From: a virus
Strand: one strand, 5' to 3'
Virus record (IMG/VR): IMGVR_UViG_3300036864_000108
Location: 5,755-69,754 of that record
Length of the DNA stretch: 64,000 bases
A model generated the notes under the pieces. That model saw only the letters and a program-made list of their open reading frames with translations, was not told where the DNA came from and searched no databases. This document shows, piece after piece, positions 1 to 7,841 of this stretch. The translations under genes were made by a program, and so were the position numbers. The first letter of the stretch is position 1, and the number at the start of each line of letters is the position of its first letter.

Positions 1-1161
1 CCGTTGCATGACGATCGTCTTCTCGGCGATCGGCATGCGGTGGTCGGTGCAGTCGAGCTGGAATACCTCGTCTGTGACCTTGGTGAGCCGCCACACGGCG
101 TCGACGTCGCCGTACTTCGCGGACCCGCCACGCATCCCCTTCTCTGTGTCTTTACCTGTGTGATCCAGTCGGATGCAGGCGATCCCGGCGGCCTTCAGCT
201 TGACCCCCGTGTGCCGGTAGAAGGCGAGCCACGTGTCGTTCTCGTTCTCCTCACCCTTCACGGCCCGGGAGATGGTGTCGATGATCACGACTTCACACTC
301 GTAGACCTCGACTGCGGCCAGTAGTTCCCGCCCGCCGACGTCGGAGTCGAGGGCGGACAGCCTGGGATAAGACAGGTAGACGAGGTTGTCGAGATGGTCC
401 GGTGTGACGTCCATGTCCTGGAGTCGTTCGCGGATGTCGCCGCGTGGGTCGTTCTCAAAGTCGACGTACAGGACCCGCCTGGGCCGATCAGTGGTCACGC
501 CGAGCACTCGGAGGCCGCAGGCGATGGCGACCGCGATCTCTAGCATGAGGAGGCTCTTGCCGATCTTGGGCGGGGAGTAGAGGGCGATGAGCCGGCGGGC
601 GGGGAGGACTGGTTCGACGATCCACTCTTCTTGCGAGTCGTCGGCCCACAGGGCGTGCCAGTCGAGGCGGGGGAAGTGTTCACGAACCTTGGCTGCCAGA
701 TCTTCCATCTCGGTGTCCCCAGTTCCGTCCCCATCTGTGGGTGACGGGACGAACTGGGTCAGCACGGGGACATCGATGGGTGGCAGGTCCGGGATGACAC
801 GGGGGGTCTTGGTGCCGGCGGTGAGCCCGGAGTTGATGGTGGCCCGCGTCTCGGTGGCACCGAGCCCGCAGACCGTCCCGGCTTCGGTGAGCGCGTCGGC
901 GACAACGAAGTAATCGAGGTGCCCGGCTGCGACGAGTTGCCCCAGGTTGTACGCGGCCGTGTTCAGGGTGTGGTTTCGGGTGCCTTGTGCGGCTTCGCGG
1001 ACGTTGGTGAGTTCCCGTTCGAGGGCGACGGTGGCGTACTTGATCCGATCCTCACCGGTCGGGTGCCCGTTGGCGGACGCGGGAGGGTGTGCCGTTTCGG
1101 CGAGGGGCTTGGCCTCCCGTTCGGCTCGCAGCGCTCTAGCGCGCTCAAGGAATGTGCTCAT
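1..1161 (-). CDS. RepA/AAA_25-type replicative helicase with primase-C-terminal-like N-terminus (3' end runs off window)
   Basis: Manual translation from ATG at 1161 (ATGA overlap with prim-pol): MSTFLERARALR...GTRNHTLNTAAYNLGQL...YSPPKIGKS (Walker A)...VLYVDFEN...VVIIDTISR (Walker B)...LDHTGKD..RGGSA. Absent from the ORF track because no stop lies in the window. Confidence 0.85.
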   Translation of the reverse strand, partial: MSTFLERARALRAEREAKPLAETAHPPASANGHPTGEDRIKYATVALERELTNVREAAQGTRNHTLNTAAYNLGQLVAAGHLDYFVVADALTEAGTVCGLGATETRATINSGLTAGTKTPRVIPDLPPIDVPVLTQFVPSPTDGDGTGDTEMEDLAAKVREHFPRLDWHALWADDSQEEWIVEPVLPARRLIALYSPPKIGKSLLMLEIAVAIACGLRVLGVTTDRPRRVLYVDFENDPRGDIRERLQDMDVTPDHLDNLVYLSYPRLSALDSDVGGRELLAAVEVYECEVVIIDTISRAVKGEENENDTWLAFYRHTGVKLKAAGIACIRLDHTGKDTEKGMRGGSAKYGDVDAVWRLTKVTDEVFQLDCTDHRMPIAEKTIVMQR

Positions 1162-1814
1162 GCAGCCTGCCGGGCGGCGGTCATGTCGAGTGGACTGATC
1201 CACTCGTAAATGCGGCCATTCAGTCCGACGCTGGGTGGCAGTACGACGTATCCGCCGGCACCCCGGTAGTCGATGCCGGGGAGCACCCCGGATGTGTTGC
1301 CGTCCCCCGTGGGCTGGATGTACAGGTGTTGGCCGGGCCGGGGTGTGATGGCTTTCCCGATTACCGTGGGGATGTCCCCGCGTTCCCGCAGGTCTGCGAG
1401 GGACCGGTAGCCTTCGGGTCCGTCCACGTCGATGACGTCGAACATGTGTCCGGTGGGGGTGCCGATGTTTGATCCGGGGGTGGCCGCCCACCACCCCCGG
1501 ACGATTTCGAGGTCGGTCGTGGCGTCCTTGAACCCACGGCTTCCCTTGTACGGCTTCTTCCCGTCGATCTCGTCGTCTCCCCGGTGGTCCGGTTCGGTGC
1601 AGGGGCCGGGGGGGTGCAGCGGGAATACCGGGATGCCGTTGCCGGCGTACCACATGGCTGCGGAGGTGAGCGCCTCCGGTGCGCTGAGCCTGGCCCGCCT
1701 CGCCTCGTCTTCGGCGTCCATCCGGGCGGCTAGGCGGCGAACCGCTTCGTTGTCTCCTTGCCGGATGGCCTCGTTGTAGAGGGTGAAGGCTTCGGGGTCG
1801 CTGAGTTGGCTCAT
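1158..1814 (-). CDS. Bifunctional DNA primase/polymerase (Prim-Pol) N-terminal domain protein
   Basis: YAGNGIPVFPL, GKKP, GFKDATTD, WW...NIG..TG..FDVIDVDG, G.HLY, IDYRGAGGYVVLPPS motifs. Confidence 0.9.
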   Translation of the reverse strand: MSQLSDPEAFTLYNEAIRQGDNEAVRRLAARMDAEDEARRARLSAPEALTSAAMWYAGNGIPVFPLHPPGPCTEPDHRGDDEIDGKKPYKGSRGFKDATTDLEIVRGWWAATPGSNIGTPTGHMFDVIDVDGPEGYRSLADLRERGDIPTVIGKAITPRPGQHLYIQPTGDGNTSGVLPGIDYRGAGGYVVLPPSVGLNGRIYEWISPLDMTAARQAA

Positions 1815-1846
1815 GTGGTGCTCCCGTGGGGCGGGTTACGGGTGAG

Positions 1847-1877
1847 GTTGCCCCCGCCGCATGACGGCGGGGGCAAC
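1847..1877. terminator. GC-rich hairpin between SSB-like and prim-pol genes
   Basis: Perfect 13-bp inverted repeat GTTGCCCCCGCCG-catga-CGGCGGGGGCAAC; no clear U-tract. Confidence 0.5.
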
Positions 1878-1883
1878 GTTTGC

Positions 1884-2261
1884 CTAGAAGGGTGGGGGTG
1901 CGTGCTTGGCGAGCCACTCCTGGGCGACTTTGGCGTCCTGCTCGGTGTACTCGGCGAGCAGCCAGGGCGCGGACTGGCCGGACTTGGCGGTGCCCTTCCC
2001 GAGACGGCCGAGGACCATCCCCCCGACCTTCGGGCGGAGCTGCCCCTGCAACGCCTTCGGGAAGACGAGGGTGTCTTCACGCTTGTCCCCGGCGTTGGGT
2101 CCGTCGAGGACAACCACGGTGGATCGGACGGCGTCAGTGACACCGAATTGGGTGTTCACGTCCCTCTCAACCGAGTGGACGGTGAACAGGAGGAGTGCCC
2201 CGTTGAGGTCTTCCCAAGAGATGCCGGCCGCTGAGGCGGGTGGGCTGAATGGTGCGGTCAT
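1884..2261 (-). CDS. Putative phage single-stranded DNA-binding protein
   Basis: MTAPFSPP...LLLFTVHSVERDVNTQFG..DAVRSTVVVLDG...MVLGRLGKGTAKSGQSAPWLL..PPPF; lies between exonuclease and primase; ATGA coupling. Confidence 0.6.
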   Translation of the reverse strand: MTAPFSPPASAAGISWEDLNGALLLFTVHSVERDVNTQFGVTDAVRSTVVVLDGPNAGDKREDTLVFPKALQGQLRPKVGGMVLGRLGKGTAKSGQSAPWLLAEYTEQDAKVAQEWLAKHAPPPF

Positions 2262-2509
2262 GCTGTGCTCCTTCTCTGGCTTGTGCTCGTGCGGTCGCGC
2301 GTGCACTGGTGGGTGACGTGGATGGGCCATCCACGGAATCCGAGGGGCGCGTTGATCCACCCCCAGGTGGGGTGGTGCTCCCACAACCGGTGGCGGTCCG
2401 GCTGGTCAGCGAGGGGCGACAGGGGTTCGACCTCGACGAGTTCGGTGAGGCCGACGTCGTCAACGAATCGGAGGACGGGGGTGGCGCAGTCGCGGCAGCG
2501 TGCAGTCAT
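2258..2509 (-). CDS. Hypothetical protein with CxxC / HxC possible zinc ligands
   Basis: MTARCRDC...HQC; ATGA-coupled at both ends. Confidence 0.55.
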   Translation of the reverse strand: MTARCRDCATPVLRFVDDVGLTELVEVEPLSPLADQPDRHRLWEHHPTWGWINAPLGFRGWPIHVTHQCTRDRTSTSQRRSTA

Positions 2510-3462
2510 GAGGCGAGCCCGCCGAGGATGAGGTTCTTCTTCGCCGTGGCCAGTGCGGTGTGCTCGCTCGTCCATGCCCCGTTGCTGGTCCGCCACAGGT
2601 CGGTGAGCTCGGCGACGGTGGACGCGGCGGCGATCCGATCAGTTAGCGGATCGGCTGCTTGCTCGGGTGCGGCGGTGAACGGCTCTGACAGCCCTTTGCG
2701 TTTCCGCCATGCGTGGACTGCTGTGGCTAGCCGGTGGGCGGTGTCCCATCCGGCGGCCACGTCCACCCAGTGCAACTGGCAGGTGCCGGTGCCGGCGGGC
2801 AGGTGAACGATGATCCCACGATCCTGGTCGACGTCGAGTGGGGTCCGCTGGTTACTCTTGTGGTCGTACGCGTGGCAGCGGGAGTAGACGCCGAGTTGCA
2901 TGGCGATCTTCCCCATGCCGTACTCGATGGAGCCCGTCTTCGTGTCCCCGATGTAGTTGTGCCCCTGGTACCGGTATATCCGGTCCCACGTCCCGGCGAC
3001 CTTCAGATCATCGAGCACACCGAACTGCTCGATGGCGACCACATCCAGGTTCTGGGTCGCCTGGTCGTACGCCTCGATGTCCGGTCGGTACGCGGCGGGC
3101 ACCTTCTGCAGGTCGAGGGTGCCCCGGTCGTGTTGGTCGACGAGGGAGTGCAGGGCGGTCCCGGTGGTGGCTGCGGCGTGCGCTTTTGCGGCTTCGCAGG
3201 CGTCCTCGCACACCTGGTTCAGTTTGTCCTTGTCGTGCCTGTGCGCAGCGGCAGCGAGAAGGAGATCTTCACGGTCGACGAGGCCGAGGGCGACCATCCG
3301 CATCTGCCAGCGGGCAAGGTTGTATGTGTCTTCCAGCACGCCCACGAACGTGGTGACTCGCTGGTACGGGATCTGCTTCCCGCCCCCCGGTGGGGTGACC
3401 ATCGGCCTGCCCCAGCGGTCACGGGGGATGTGTGTCTCCGGGGCCGTGAACTGCTCTTTCAT
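2506..3462 (-). CDS. PD-(D/E)XK exonuclease (Cas4/RecE-like)
   Basis: RDRWGRP, YQRVTT, GTALH, IEQF, VAGTWDRI, IGDTKTG, QLGVYS motifs. Confidence 0.85.
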   Translation of the reverse strand: MKEQFTAPETHIPRDRWGRPMVTPPGGGKQIPYQRVTTFVGVLEDTYNLARWQMRMVALGLVDREDLLLAAAAHRHDKDKLNQVCEDACEAAKAHAAATTGTALHSLVDQHDRGTLDLQKVPAAYRPDIEAYDQATQNLDVVAIEQFGVLDDLKVAGTWDRIYRYQGHNYIGDTKTGSIEYGMGKIAMQLGVYSRCHAYDHKSNQRTPLDVDQDRGIIVHLPAGTGTCQLHWVDVAAGWDTAHRLATAVHAWRKRKGLSEPFTAAPEQAADPLTDRIAAASTVAELTDLWRTSNGAWTSEHTALATAKKNLILGGLAS

Positions 3463-3472
3463 GATCCCTCCC

Positions 3473-3491
3473 GGAGTAAGTGACTTACTCC
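3473..3491. promoter_or_regulatory. Palindromic operator-like site between exonuclease and divergent HTH gene
   Basis: Perfect GGAGTAAGT-g-ACTTACTCC inverted repeat abutting the exonuclease RBS. Confidence 0.55.
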
Positions 3492-3533
3492 AAGCGTAGC
3501 ATGGGTAAGGTTAGGTCGGTTACCCTTCAACTC

Positions 3534-3716
3534 ATGAGGGTCGAGTTGAGTAGTGACGAAGCCGCAGAGCACCTGGGCATCACGCGACAGACGTTGTGGA
3601 ACTTCGCTCGCCGCTATGACGATTTCCCCGAACCGCGCCGCGTGGGCCGCACGCTGATGTGGTCGCAGGCGAAGCTGGACGCGTGGCGTCGGAAGCATCC
3701 AGCCCGCAAGCGCTGA
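3534..3716 (+). CDS. AlpA/excisionase-like helix-turn-helix protein
   Basis: LSSDEAAEHLGITRQTLWNF...FPEPRRVGRTLMW...LDAW; start could be 3501 or 3534. Confidence 0.8.
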   Translation: MRVELSSDEAAEHLGITRQTLWNFARRYDDFPEPRRVGRTLMWSQAKLDAWRRKHPARKR

Positions 3717-3721
3717 TCTCG

Positions 3722-4006
3722 TCATGACGCGCCGTCCGGTAGCGGAGGGATCACCGTGCCGTCTGGTCGTATCCACCACGGCCGCCCGGAAGGCTCATGT
3801 GGCTCGACGTGTCCGGCGAGTTTGGCTGGGGTGTGTTCGGGGCAGCGCCAGCCGTACAGGTACGGCCTGACGTCCGTGGCGCCGCAGGAGCAGGGTTGGA
3901 CGCGTTCCCGCATCGGGTAGGCCGCCGGCTCGCCGCACTTGGGGCAGTGCCACCACGGGCGTCCTTCGACCTTCGGGGGGCAGCCACAGTTACTCAGGGC
4001 GGTCAT
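3722..4006 (-). CDS. Cys-rich hypothetical protein
   Basis: MTALSNCGC..HCPKC..CSCGA..RPY..GWRCPEHTPA; ATGA coupling. Confidence 0.55.
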   Translation of the reverse strand: MTALSNCGCPPKVEGRPWWHCPKCGEPAAYPMRERVQPCSCGATDVRPYLYGWRCPEHTPAKLAGHVEPHEPSGRPWWIRPDGTVIPPLPDGAS

Positions 4007-4545
4007 GTCCCGGTCCCGTGTTCGGTGTCGTCGCCGGTGGCCCATACGGGTGCGGGTACGCGCAGGTGGCGGGCTGCCCGCGGGGGTGGGGTGGCAATGG
4101 CGGGTGTGATTTGTGGTGCTTGGCCGCAGGTGGGGCATGCGTGGCCGCGGTCGTGCCTGTTCACACACAACGGACAGGCGGCGACATCACTGCGGGTGGC
4201 GGGGGCAGCGTCGGGTGGCCGGTGTTTCCGGGCCGGCGTACGGCTGGCGCCGGGTTGGGTGAGTTGTTGGGTGAGTTCTGTGACGGCTGCGGTGACTTCT
4301 TCGTCGCCGACCTTGAGGGCACGCCGTATGACCCGGTCGTAGGTGGTGACGGTGGAGTGGTCGCGGCCCATGCGGGCACCCAACTGCGGGGCGGACATGT
4401 GGGGGGCGTGTTGCCGGGCCAAATGGGCGGCGATGCGGCGGGCCAGCAGGGCGTCGCGGCTGTGTCCGGCGAGCAGTTCCGCTTCGCCGATCCAAAAGTA
4501 TTGGGCGACCGCCCGAATGATCCCGTCGACAGAATGCGCGGTCAT
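4003..4545 (-). CDS. DnaA C-terminal (domain IV)-like HTH protein with C-terminal zinc finger
   Basis: IIRAVAQYF.I...L...SR....ARRIAAHLAR...S.PQLG..MGRDHSTV matches the DnaA domain IV signature (GGRDHTTV); CxxC...CxxC follows. Confidence 0.75.
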   Translation of the reverse strand: MTAHSVDGIIRAVAQYFWIGEAELLAGHSRDALLARRIAAHLARQHAPHMSAPQLGARMGRDHSTVTTYDRVIRRALKVGDEEVTAAVTELTQQLTQPGASRTPARKHRPPDAAPATRSDVAACPLCVNRHDRGHACPTCGQAPQITPAIATPPPRAARHLRVPAPVWATGDDTEHGTGT

Positions 4546-5138
4546 GGTGTCGCCTCGCATGCTGCCCACAGTCCGCGGTGGGCTTGTTGTGCGAGGCGTT
4601 CAGCTTCGGTGTAGGCGACCCGGTTCGGGTGGTTGGGGACGACACGTTTGCCTGCCCGGGTTTCGCGGTACTGCCGGGCGTATCCCATGCGGATGGCGCG
4701 TTGCCCGTAGTCCCCGTCGCCGTCTCTGACATAGGCGAGGGTGCGGCCGTACCGGTCGAGGCGCCGCGGTCCGTAGGTGAGGGTCACCTGTTCGTTGGCT
4801 GCGAGCTGGCGAGCTGCGTAGGCGGACGCTTCTTTCCCGTAGCACTGCGGGTGGGTCTTGTACTTGCCGGCGGACTCGGGGGTGTCGATTCCGATGAGGC
4901 GGGTGATGACGGTGAGGGTGCCTTGCCAGACGATGATGGTGTCGCCGTCGATGGTACGGTCGACAGTCCATGGCCTGTCTGTGGGTGTGATTGTTGGTTG
5001 GGTCGGGGTTACTGTGACCACGGGCGTGGGGTCGGGTCCGGGGAGGATGGGGAGGATTCCGTTGGCGACGCCGACGCCGATGAGAAAGGCGGCGGTGGCG
5101 ACGGCGGTCGCGGACACGGCGATGCGGCGGGTGTTCAT
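4542..5138 (-). CDS. Secreted or membrane-anchored thermonuclease (SNase family)
   Basis: N-terminal hydrophobic signal; IDGDTI, RLIGIDTPE, DRYGRTLAYV, GYAR, E..A....RGLW motifs. Confidence 0.9.
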   Translation of the reverse strand: MNTRRIAVSATAVATAAFLIGVGVANGILPILPGPDPTPVVTVTPTQPTITPTDRPWTVDRTIDGDTIIVWQGTLTVITRLIGIDTPESAGKYKTHPQCYGKEASAYAARQLAANEQVTLTYGPRRLDRYGRTLAYVRDGDGDYGQRAIRMGYARQYRETRAGKRVVPNHPNRVAYTEAERLAQQAHRGLWAACEATP

Positions 5139-5431
5139 GGGGTGCCGCCTATGCTCCGGGCGGCGAGCGCAGCGCGTTGCAGTCCCCCGTTGATACCGAG
5201 TCGAAACGAGTCAGACGGAATGACTTCTATGGCCAGAATCGCGTTAGCGATTCGTTCCTGCTCGGCTCTCACCGCTGCGCGTTTCTCAGCATCAATGTGA
5301 GGTCGCAGCGCGGCGACGATTGTGACCGCATCGTCATAGCAGGCACCATCGATGGTGCAGTTGGACCAGTCGGGGTGACCGTGGAGTGCTTTAGCTGCGA
5401 ACGGAACCAACGGGTCGTCGTGAGTGCTCAT
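5135..5431 (-). CDS. Hypothetical protein
   Basis: ATGA-coupled ORF; shares LRPHIDAEKR with 5604..5948. Confidence 0.5.
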   Translation of the reverse strand: MSTHDDPLVPFAAKALHGHPDWSNCTIDGACYDDAVTIVAALRPHIDAEKRAAVRAEQERIANAILAIEVIPSDSFRLGINGGLQRAALAARSIGGTP

Positions 5432-5607
5432 TCGGCACTGCCCGCTGCGACTGGTGCGGCACGCGTCTCGCCGTTCGGGCACCACGGACTGTCCTGGTAC
5501 TTCACATGGTCAAAGTGCAGCCAAGTCCCGTCGTCGTCACGCCAGATGAACCTGCCGCAGTGGATGCAGGGAATCCGATGAGGTGGGGGCAAGGTGATCC
5601 GGCTCAC
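5428..5607 (-). CDS. Small CxxC hypothetical protein
   Basis: Manual translation MSRITLPPPHRIPCIHCGRFIWRDDDGTWLH...WCP; overlaps both neighbours by 4 nt. Confidence 0.5.
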   Translation of the reverse strand: MSRITLPPPHRIPCIHCGRFIWRDDDGTWLHFDHVKYQDSPWCPNGETRAAPVAAGSAE

Positions 5608-5948
5608 GTCTTGTCTCCTGCCGGGTCGGTGGGGGGGCGGCCGCCACCCGCTGCGGCCTCAATGTTCTCCGAGTTGATAATGTCCCGGATTTCATCGAGC
5701 CAGCCGTTCCACTCGCCGTGCTCGGTGTGGTGTTGGCAGATGGTGGCGATGGCAGTTAGCGCATCCCGCAGGCGCCGCTTCTCGGCGTCGATGTGGGGGC
5801 GCAGTACGGCGACCAGATCGTTCACCAGTCGTTGGACCTGGGAGTCGCCGAGGTTCCCCGGCCACACGTTGGCGTCCACGAGTACGTCGAGGATGACGTC
5901 GCGTAGCGGGTCGTCGTGGGTGTCGCCCGCTGCGGGTGGGGTGGTCAT
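5604..5948 (-). CDS. Hypothetical protein
   Basis: Coupled ORF in the early operon. Confidence 0.5.
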   Translation of the reverse strand: MTTPPAAGDTHDDPLRDVILDVLVDANVWPGNLGDSQVQRLVNDLVAVLRPHIDAEKRRLRDALTAIATICQHHTEHGEWNGWLDEIRDIINSENIEAAAGGGRPPTDPAGDKT

Positions 5949-6175
5949 GACGGGTCCCGCTGTGTGTCGAGGAGCGCCGTGGGTATAACGACCAGGGTCA
6001 AGCCGAGGATGTTGCACCAAGCGCGCAAACGGGACAGCGTGATATCCGACCTGCCTGATTCCAGATTCGCTACCTGGGGTCGCCCCGTCCCGATGGCGTC
6101 AGCGACTGTCTGCTGTGTGATCCCACGATTCCTCCGGGTTTCCGTCAGCAGCCGGATCAGTGGGTCGCTCATCAC
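5945..6175 (-). CDS. XRE-family HTH protein
   Basis: RRNRGITQQTVADAIGTGRPQVANLESGRSDITL. Confidence 0.85.
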   Translation of the reverse strand: MMSDPLIRLLTETRRNRGITQQTVADAIGTGRPQVANLESGRSDITLSRLRAWCNILGLTLVVIPTALLDTQRDPS

Positions 6176-7236
6176 GTACCTCCGGTTTCGCCTGCTGCGG
6201 GTGGGTTGTCGTGGTGGGTGGGGTCGGGCGGCGCGGCCAGGGCGACGCGCAATTCACAAGAACTCACTTTCGGCATGGGTTGATCGTCTAACGCCTCGGA
6301 CTCCGCCTCGTCGCACAGCGCCAGTACCGCTGCCCGCTGCGCTTCCAGCTCGGCGACACGGGCCTCCAGCCGCTCTATTTCGGCCTCGGCGTTCCGCAGC
6401 CGCCCGAATGGCAGGTAGCCTCGCTGGTCGAGGACCATTTTGGCTACGATGGCTGCGGATACATTCAGAACATCCTCGTCCAGGTCAGACTCGGCGATCC
6501 GAGCGAGGGTGTCCCCGTAGGCGTCGCGTTCCTCGCTGAGTTCTGCGACACGGGCCAGCAACGGGGCGATGGCGTAGTGGATGACATCATCAGCGCATCC
6601 CTCGGCTTGCCGCCAGGATAATCTCGCCTGCAGCAGCGCCGCGATCCGCTCACGCCATTCGGTGTCAGCCGTACTCCGATTCCGGTCAGCCAATTCCGCG
6701 CGTAAGGCGTCTATCTCCTGATGGGCTGTACGGCTCGCAGTCCGCTCGGTCGCCAACTGGTCGAGCGCAGTTTTCTCGACTAGGCGCAACCGCTCGTTGT
6801 CGGTTTCCAGTTCTGCGACACGGGCCAGCGCGGCGTCCCGCCCGTTCTCGATCGCCCCGAGTTTCCCGCCGATCTCACTGGTCCACTCGTACGCCTGCTC
6901 ACAGGAGACGGCACCGGTTGCGAGGCGGAACCGTTCGGCCCAAGCTGCCCCGGTCTCACTCTCGGCGACACGGGCGAGCGCGGCGTCACGCTCCTCGATG
7001 ATTGCAGTTACATGTTCGACGGCTCCGCGTAGCGCCGATCGTTGCCGCTCAATCTCAGCGTGGAGCTGGCCTCGCTCATTCACCGAGCGGGTGATCCACC
7101 CTTTTCGAGTCGAGAGTTCCGCGTTGGCGTCTTTCAACTCGATGCGCAGCCGCTGGATTTCTTCGCCGAGCGCGGCCCGGGTGGCAGTGCGCCAGTCGAG
7201 GCCAAGCGGGGGGTCGGGGGGTTGGGGGACGGTCAT
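6172..7236 (-). CDS. Coiled-coil hypothetical protein
   Basis: Repeated RDAALARVAE(L) segments; ATGA coupling. Confidence 0.6.
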   Translation of the reverse strand: MTVPQPPDPPLGLDWRTATRAALGEEIQRLRIELKDANAELSTRKGWITRSVNERGQLHAEIERQRSALRGAVEHVTAIIEERDAALARVAESETGAAWAERFRLATGAVSCEQAYEWTSEIGGKLGAIENGRDAALARVAELETDNERLRLVEKTALDQLATERTASRTAHQEIDALRAELADRNRSTADTEWRERIAALLQARLSWRQAEGCADDVIHYAIAPLLARVAELSEERDAYGDTLARIAESDLDEDVLNVSAAIVAKMVLDQRGYLPFGRLRNAEAEIERLEARVAELEAQRAAVLALCDEAESEALDDQPMPKVSSCELRVALAAPPDPTHHDNPPAAGETGGT

Positions 7237-7841
7237 GCGGCACCTCCGGTGGTCGGGTTCCCGTATCCGGCGGCGGTGAGCAGCGCGCACAACTGCGCCA
7301 AATGCAGGCGGACTGGGGCGTCATGCCAGGGCAGCGCGTCGCCGTGCAAGCCGAGCAGGTCGGAGATCCACACGATGGCCCACCAGCGCCCGCAGTTGGC
7401 GGGGCCGAATCCTTTGCGTTGGACGACGAGGATGCCGATGCGGGCGTCGACGTTGTCGCGGATTTCGTCGGTTCGTTCAAGCCATTTGCGGACCAACTCG
7501 TCGGACGCCATTCTCGCCGCGTCACCCCCTTTTATTGACCATGCCAGTCCGGGTGTGCTGGTTATGTCACCTGGGTCGGCTTGGCCGCGGAGGCGACGGC
7601 GTTCCGCTAGGGGCCAGCCGTGGGTTTGCAGGTACCGGACGACAGCCGTCTCCGTTTTCGTGCCGATCTCCCCGGACTTGTTGCGGCGCCGGGTGGCGGC
7701 CCCCTCCCCCGGGGGGAAAGCGGGGGAGGGGGCCTGGTCGGCGGCCACGGGGGGGTGATGGCTCGCCGACTTCGAACCCGCGGCGGCCGGCGACACCGTG
7801 GTCTGCCGGCGGCTGCGGGGCTTAGGGGAGATGGTGGTCAT
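7233..7841 (-). CDS. Holliday junction resolvase (PD-(D/E)XK type)
   Basis: GTKTETAVVRYLQTHGWPLAERRRLRGQADPGDI...WSIKGG...GILVVQRKG. Confidence 0.75.
   Translation of the reverse strand: MTTISPKPRSRRQTTVSPAAAGSKSASHHPPVAADQAPSPAFPPGEGAATRRRNKSGEIGTKTETAVVRYLQTHGWPLAERRRLRGQADPGDITSTPGLAWSIKGGDAARMASDELVRKWLERTDEIRDNVDARIGILVVQRKGFGPANCGRWWAIVWISDLLGLHGDALPWHDAPVRLHLAQLCALLTAAGYGNPTTGGAA

Noticed and set aside
2506-3462. Cas4-like protein as part of a CRISPR system
   Set aside because: It sits in a standard exonuclease-SSB-primase-helicase module with no array or other cas genes.
5135-7236. Shared LRPHIDAEKR and repeated RDAALARVAE segments
   Set aside because: Short modular duplications are common among phage early hypothetical genes; no specific function can be inferred.
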